This document shows positions 60,525-64,000 of a DNA stretch of 64,000 nucleotides, in pieces. The translations under genes were made by a program, and so were the position numbers. The stretch comes from a virus. Each line of letters begins with the position of its first letter. Position 1 is the stretch's first letter. The stretch lies in IMG/VR virus record IMGVR_UViG_3300044632_001319, one strand, 5' to 3'. The notes under the pieces were generated by a model, which had not been told where the DNA came from, searched no databases, and worked only from the letters and a program-made list of their open reading frames with translations.

Positions 60525-62671
60525 AGTCTTTTAACCTGCACTTTCTTTGCATCTTCTCTCATGAGTAGATTATTGAGAGCAATGATTCCTGCTTTGTCTT
60601 TTCTTTCTGAATTCATGTGGGTGTTGTGCTGATTTGATGCTAAAAATGTTCCAGTCAATGGATTGATAAGTGCGATTGATTTATCTTCTCTACCCTCTTC
60701 TTCTTCATGAAATCCATGCATGGGTTTGTTTTTAACTATATCTTCTAATACATGAGTTGGTGTATTTGGATTTGCAGCAATGTGTGCGTGAGTTATAGTA
60801 TTGTTATAATACTTTCTGTTTGTGGTGCTTGAATCCCGTGCTGGTGATTTCTTCAAATCCTCATGAACTCTCTCCAACAATTTTGTATTTGTTGTCTTTC
60901 GTAAAAAAGAATAGTGATCGGTATTTCGAGAGTTAAAAGTTATATGACCGATTTCACTCTTTTGTAGTCTGTCATATGCTAGTTCGTGTGCTTTTGGAGA
61001 ATCAGATATATCCGCTAACATCGTAATATCATTTGCACTTTGAATTCCTACATTGTGTCTGAACATGGATTCGATAGCATGTGATGGTGGAACGACTTTT
61101 CGTGCCAACATAGTTCTCAGGAACGATGTACTTTCTTGATGTGTTGCTCCTGTTGGTGGTGTATTTTTATCTCCAAAGAAATGTCTCATCATCGGATGAT
61201 TTTCAGCAACATCTACTTGCTTGTATTCACTGAGTCCAGGATTTGATTTTGGTAGAAGAGAAGTCAAGTAATCATGATGTTGATTTACTTGATCTTGGTA
61301 ATAACCAGACATCGCGCGTGGACTTCTTTGCATGTGTGGATACATTCTTACATGCTTCATTATTTTTTGAAATCCAGCATCTGTTGCTGCTTCTTTTCTT
61401 CTCTCTGCCAATGGTTTCTCTTGAAACATAACAGAATGAAGATGCTGAAGATGTGGTATCTTTAATAGTTGTGGAAACTTACCAACCAGTTCATGGTAAT
61501 CAAAAGGAGAATCCGCTTCATCCATGAGAGAATGATCTGTTGGACGATCTCCTTGTTCGTTTCCACCTATTTCTGGTTCAGAAGAACTTATATTTGTAGA
61601 ACTTCTATTTTTTCCAAAATGAAACTGAAATCTTTTATTTTTTGATGATGTTGCTCTATTGGCAAGAGCACCTTTTTTATCTGTAATCATAATCAAAGGA
61701 GATGTGCTGTTGTAACTTTCAAACATATTGCCTTCTCTACCAGCAGTACACCAACGGGTTCCTCTGCCAAGCAAGCAAGATGCGGGTTGTGTATTTATTA
61801 GATGAACTTTTACATCATCATCATCGTGAATGACATCGCTTCCTGCTGCTATTGTTTTTTTGTCTTGCTCATCTTCGGGTTCATATGTTTTATATGGTTC
61901 TACTATATCTTCTAGATGGTGTAGTGAGTTGATTTTATTGATATCTTTGTGTTCTGCTGGAAGTAGATGTTTGACTCTGTGGTATGTTTGAAGTGCTTCT
62001 CTTGCTCTTCCAAAGTCTTCGCTTCTAAACCGAAAATCTGGATGACTTGAGTGTTGCTCTCTTTCTTCTATTTGTTTTGCTTCTCTTTGTTGATTGTGTA
62101 TTCTAAGTCCTTTTTGAACATACTCTTCTTGTTTTACGGGATCATTCCAATTTGGGAGTGTGCTTCCGTATCTATTTCCTATTTCTGCTCTTATAGTATC
62201 TTCTGCTGACTTGTGTGTACTATGATAACTGTCACCATGCACACCAGTTCCTTTGGGATGATCACTTGATTTCATATACCAGTGAAGCATTCTGTCCGTG
62301 TATTCTTTTGATGGTGTGGGATCTACCTCTGCTATTTTGCTTACAAGATGTGATACTATTTGTTTGTTTGCCTCTTGTGGATCTTTAGATAAATCTCTTC
62401 GCAAAGAAGGAACAGAACCAAATCCGTCCGTCCAATTAAAATCATGCTCTGAACTTAGTTTTCGAATAAATCTTGTTGGTGGTTTTTTGCCACCGATTAT
62501 GTGGTGTGCAGCAATATTTTCGGTTGGAACTTCCTTTGTTCCGCTGTATTTGGAAATCAAAGAAGGAATACGGTCTTCGACTAGAAACCAAAGATCTTTA
62601 TTTTCAAACAAAGTTTGGTGTTTTTTGTTTATTCTGTTTAGAATTATCTGTGTTATCAGTTTATTTCTCAT
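60521..62671 (-). CDS. Large hypothetical protein with (S/A)C..G.GT.WCTA module
   Basis: DPTP.K.Y..., KDINKI, ASCLLGRGTRWCTAG...F..Y, FQFHF; late promoter and RBS GAGG upstream. Confidence 0.7.
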   Translation of the reverse strand: MRNKLITQIILNRINKKHQTLFENKDLWFLVEDRIPSLISKYSGTKEVPTENIAAHHIIGGKKPPTRFIRKLSSEHDFNWTDGFGSVPSLRRDLSKDPQEANKQIVSHLVSKIAEVDPTPSKEYTDRMLHWYMKSSDHPKGTGVHGDSYHSTHKSAEDTIRAEIGNRYGSTLPNWNDPVKQEEYVQKGLRIHNQQREAKQIEEREQHSSHPDFRFRSEDFGRAREALQTYHRVKHLLPAEHKDINKINSLHHLEDIVEPYKTYEPEDEQDKKTIAAGSDVIHDDDDVKVHLINTQPASCLLGRGTRWCTAGREGNMFESYNSTSPLIMITDKKGALANRATSSKNKRFQFHFGKNRSSTNISSSEPEIGGNEQGDRPTDHSLMDEADSPFDYHELVGKFPQLLKIPHLQHLHSVMFQEKPLAERRKEAATDAGFQKIMKHVRMYPHMQRSPRAMSGYYQDQVNQHHDYLTSLLPKSNPGLSEYKQVDVAENHPMMRHFFGDKNTPPTGATHQESTSFLRTMLARKVVPPSHAIESMFRHNVGIQSANDITMLADISDSPKAHELAYDRLQKSEIGHITFNSRNTDHYSFLRKTTNTKLLERVHEDLKKSPARDSSTTNRKYYNNTITHAHIAANPNTPTHVLEDIVKNKPMHGFHEEEEGREDKSIALINPLTGTFLASNQHNTHMNSERKDKAGIIALNNLLMREDAKKVQVKRL

Positions 62672-62689
62672 TATATCCTCTGATATTTG

Positions 62690-62701
62690 TATTTATAAAT
62701 A
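62690..62701. promoter_or_regulatory. Palindromic double late promoter TATTTATAAATA
   Basis: Contains TATAAATA on both strands, between divergent genes. Confidence 0.75.
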
Positions 62702-62733
62702 GAAGTATGAATCTATAAATTAAAGGAGATTCC

Positions 62734-64000
62734 ATGGACTACAGTCGTATTGCAAAGGAAAATTTAAATTTTTTAAACAACGGTCAAAATAAAACTCCAA
62801 AGCGCGAGTTAAATGAGATGGCAGAACCATTATGGTGGAGAGCAATTAAAAGAATGTTTGGTCCTCGATTTACTAGAAGACAAAAATTCCCAGAGTTCAT
62901 GGAACGATATGCTAACCCACCAGGCGGATGGCCAAGAAGAATTATCAGAATAAACAGAAGTGGTAGTCACCCTTGGGGAAATAATGATAATATTCGTCGT
63001 TGGTTGGAGCAACTTGATGGAAGTACAGGAATGGGTGGAACCAGAGTAAGACAGTTACTCATTAATGATGAAGGTGCATTTATTGTTTTAGGTGAGGATG
63101 GTAGATATTACTACCTGCATCCAGACAGCGCCGTGGGCCCCATGAGATTGCCTCAAGACTGGGATCCATATAGAGATTCTATACCCGAATCATTTGGTCA
63201 TCAGAATTGGGCAGATGAAGGATACAGAAGTCCCATTGACAATGATCCATTCTTTGGAATAATTCCAATTTTAGGACTGCCAGGTCTTTTAGATCCAGGC
63301 GCGAATCCAGAAGATGAATTCGTTGCTGAACCACCTCAGTCAATACCTCCACTTTTAGTAAGACCAGAAGAAAATTGGTCACCTCCTATGAGATCTATGA
63401 AATATGAATCATATCAACTAAATGAATCAGTAGAACCTAGATGGTGGAGAGTGCTGATGAGGATGCTTTATCCCCAACAAGGACACAGGTGGACTTTTCG
63501 CGAATTCATGGAAAGATATGCAAATCCGCCAGGCGCGAGTCAAAGAATTGTCATAAGACTTAATGCCAAGCCAGGATATTCGGTTAGTTCTGATGCAGAT
63601 AAATTCTATAGAAAATGGTTAAGTCAATATAGAAATCATCCTCGTTTAGATGGTTCTAGTGCTCGCGAAATAATTGTTAATGATGAAGGTGCTTGGGTTA
63701 TTCTTGCAGAAAATGGTAGATATTATTACATGCACCCAGAAGATGGATTTATGAGACTCCCAGAAGGTTGGAATCCAAATACAGATTCAATTCCTGATGT
63801 ATATGGCCATGAAAACTGGGCAGATCCAGGATACAGAAGTCCGATCGACAATATTGAATTTGGTGTTGCTCCAATTTTAGGACTGCCAGGTCTTTTAGAT
63901 CCAGGCGCGAATCCAGAAGATGAATTCGTTGCTGAACCACCTCAGTCAATACCTCCACTTTTAGTAAGACCAGAAGAAAATTGGTCACCTCCTATGAGAT
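62734..64000 (+). CDS. Tandem-domain protein (202-aa units), runs off the window end
   Basis: RBS AAGGAG, ATG 62734, frame open to 64000 (MDYSRIAKENLNF...LNEMAEPLWWR...LNESVEPRWWR...); absent from the ORF track because it has no stop. Confidence 0.85.
   Translation, partial: MDYSRIAKENLNFLNNGQNKTPKRELNEMAEPLWWRAIKRMFGPRFTRRQKFPEFMERYANPPGGWPRRIIRINRSGSHPWGNNDNIRRWLEQLDGSTGMGGTRVRQLLINDEGAFIVLGEDGRYYYLHPDSAVGPMRLPQDWDPYRDSIPESFGHQNWADEGYRSPIDNDPFFGIIPILGLPGLLDPGANPEDEFVAEPPQSIPPLLVRPEENWSPPMRSMKYESYQLNESVEPRWWRVLMRMLYPQQGHRWTFREFMERYANPPGASQRIVIRLNAKPGYSVSSDADKFYRKWLSQYRNHPRLDGSSAREIIVNDEGAWVILAENGRYYYMHPEDGFMRLPEGWNPNTDSIPDVYGHENWADPGYRSPIDNIEFGVAPILGLPGLLDPGANPEDEFVAEPPQSIPPLLVRPEENWSPPMR
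63264..64000 (+). repeat. Exact direct repeat of at least 131 bp (63264-63394 = 63870-64000), period 606 bp
   Basis: TCCAATTTTAGGACTGCC...CCTCCTATGAGAT is identical in both copies. Confidence 0.92.

Noticed and set aside
63179-63988. Duplicated small - strand ORFs (63179-63382, 63749-63988)
   Set aside because: Antisense to the long + strand ORF; their identity simply reflects the 131-bp repeat

Overview
A 64-kb segment of a large, AT-rich T4-like (myovirus-type) phage genome. Evidence: gp43, UvsX, gp41 and gp61 homologues and many T4-type TATAAATA late promoters. Host-derived motifs (a PTP-type PEP-CTERM tail and dockerin motifs ending in WG) suggest a GC-rich Planctomycetota (Phycisphaerae-like) host; this is inference. 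1-23 kb (+): sugar-nucleotide, glycosyl-, methyl- and sulfotransferase genes and an ADP-heptose operon interleaved with fibre, collagen and RCC1-repeat virion genes. 23-36.7 kb (+): replication and nucleotide metabolism. Here the DNA polymerase is split in two by a 2.1-kb cassette carrying a SPOUT RNA methyltransferase, tRNA-Gln(UUG), tRNA-Leu(UAA), tRNA-Leu(CAA), a PEP-CTERM protein and a ferritin-like protein. A secreted cohesin-dockerin protein follows the RNR. 36.7-64 kb (mostly -): a block of late genes, many with T4-internal-protein-like N-termini (MKxFxxYLxE) or L/I-x-E protease sites, suggesting capsid-packaged cargo (lysozyme-LysM, PAP2 phosphatase, pre-toxin-TG protein, Met/Gly/Pro protein, polyproteins). 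This part also holds a holin/spanin-like cassette and a GC-rich divergent VWA / MoxR-AAA pair behind near-leaderless sigma70 promoters. All assignments come from motif recognition by eye; no searches were run.
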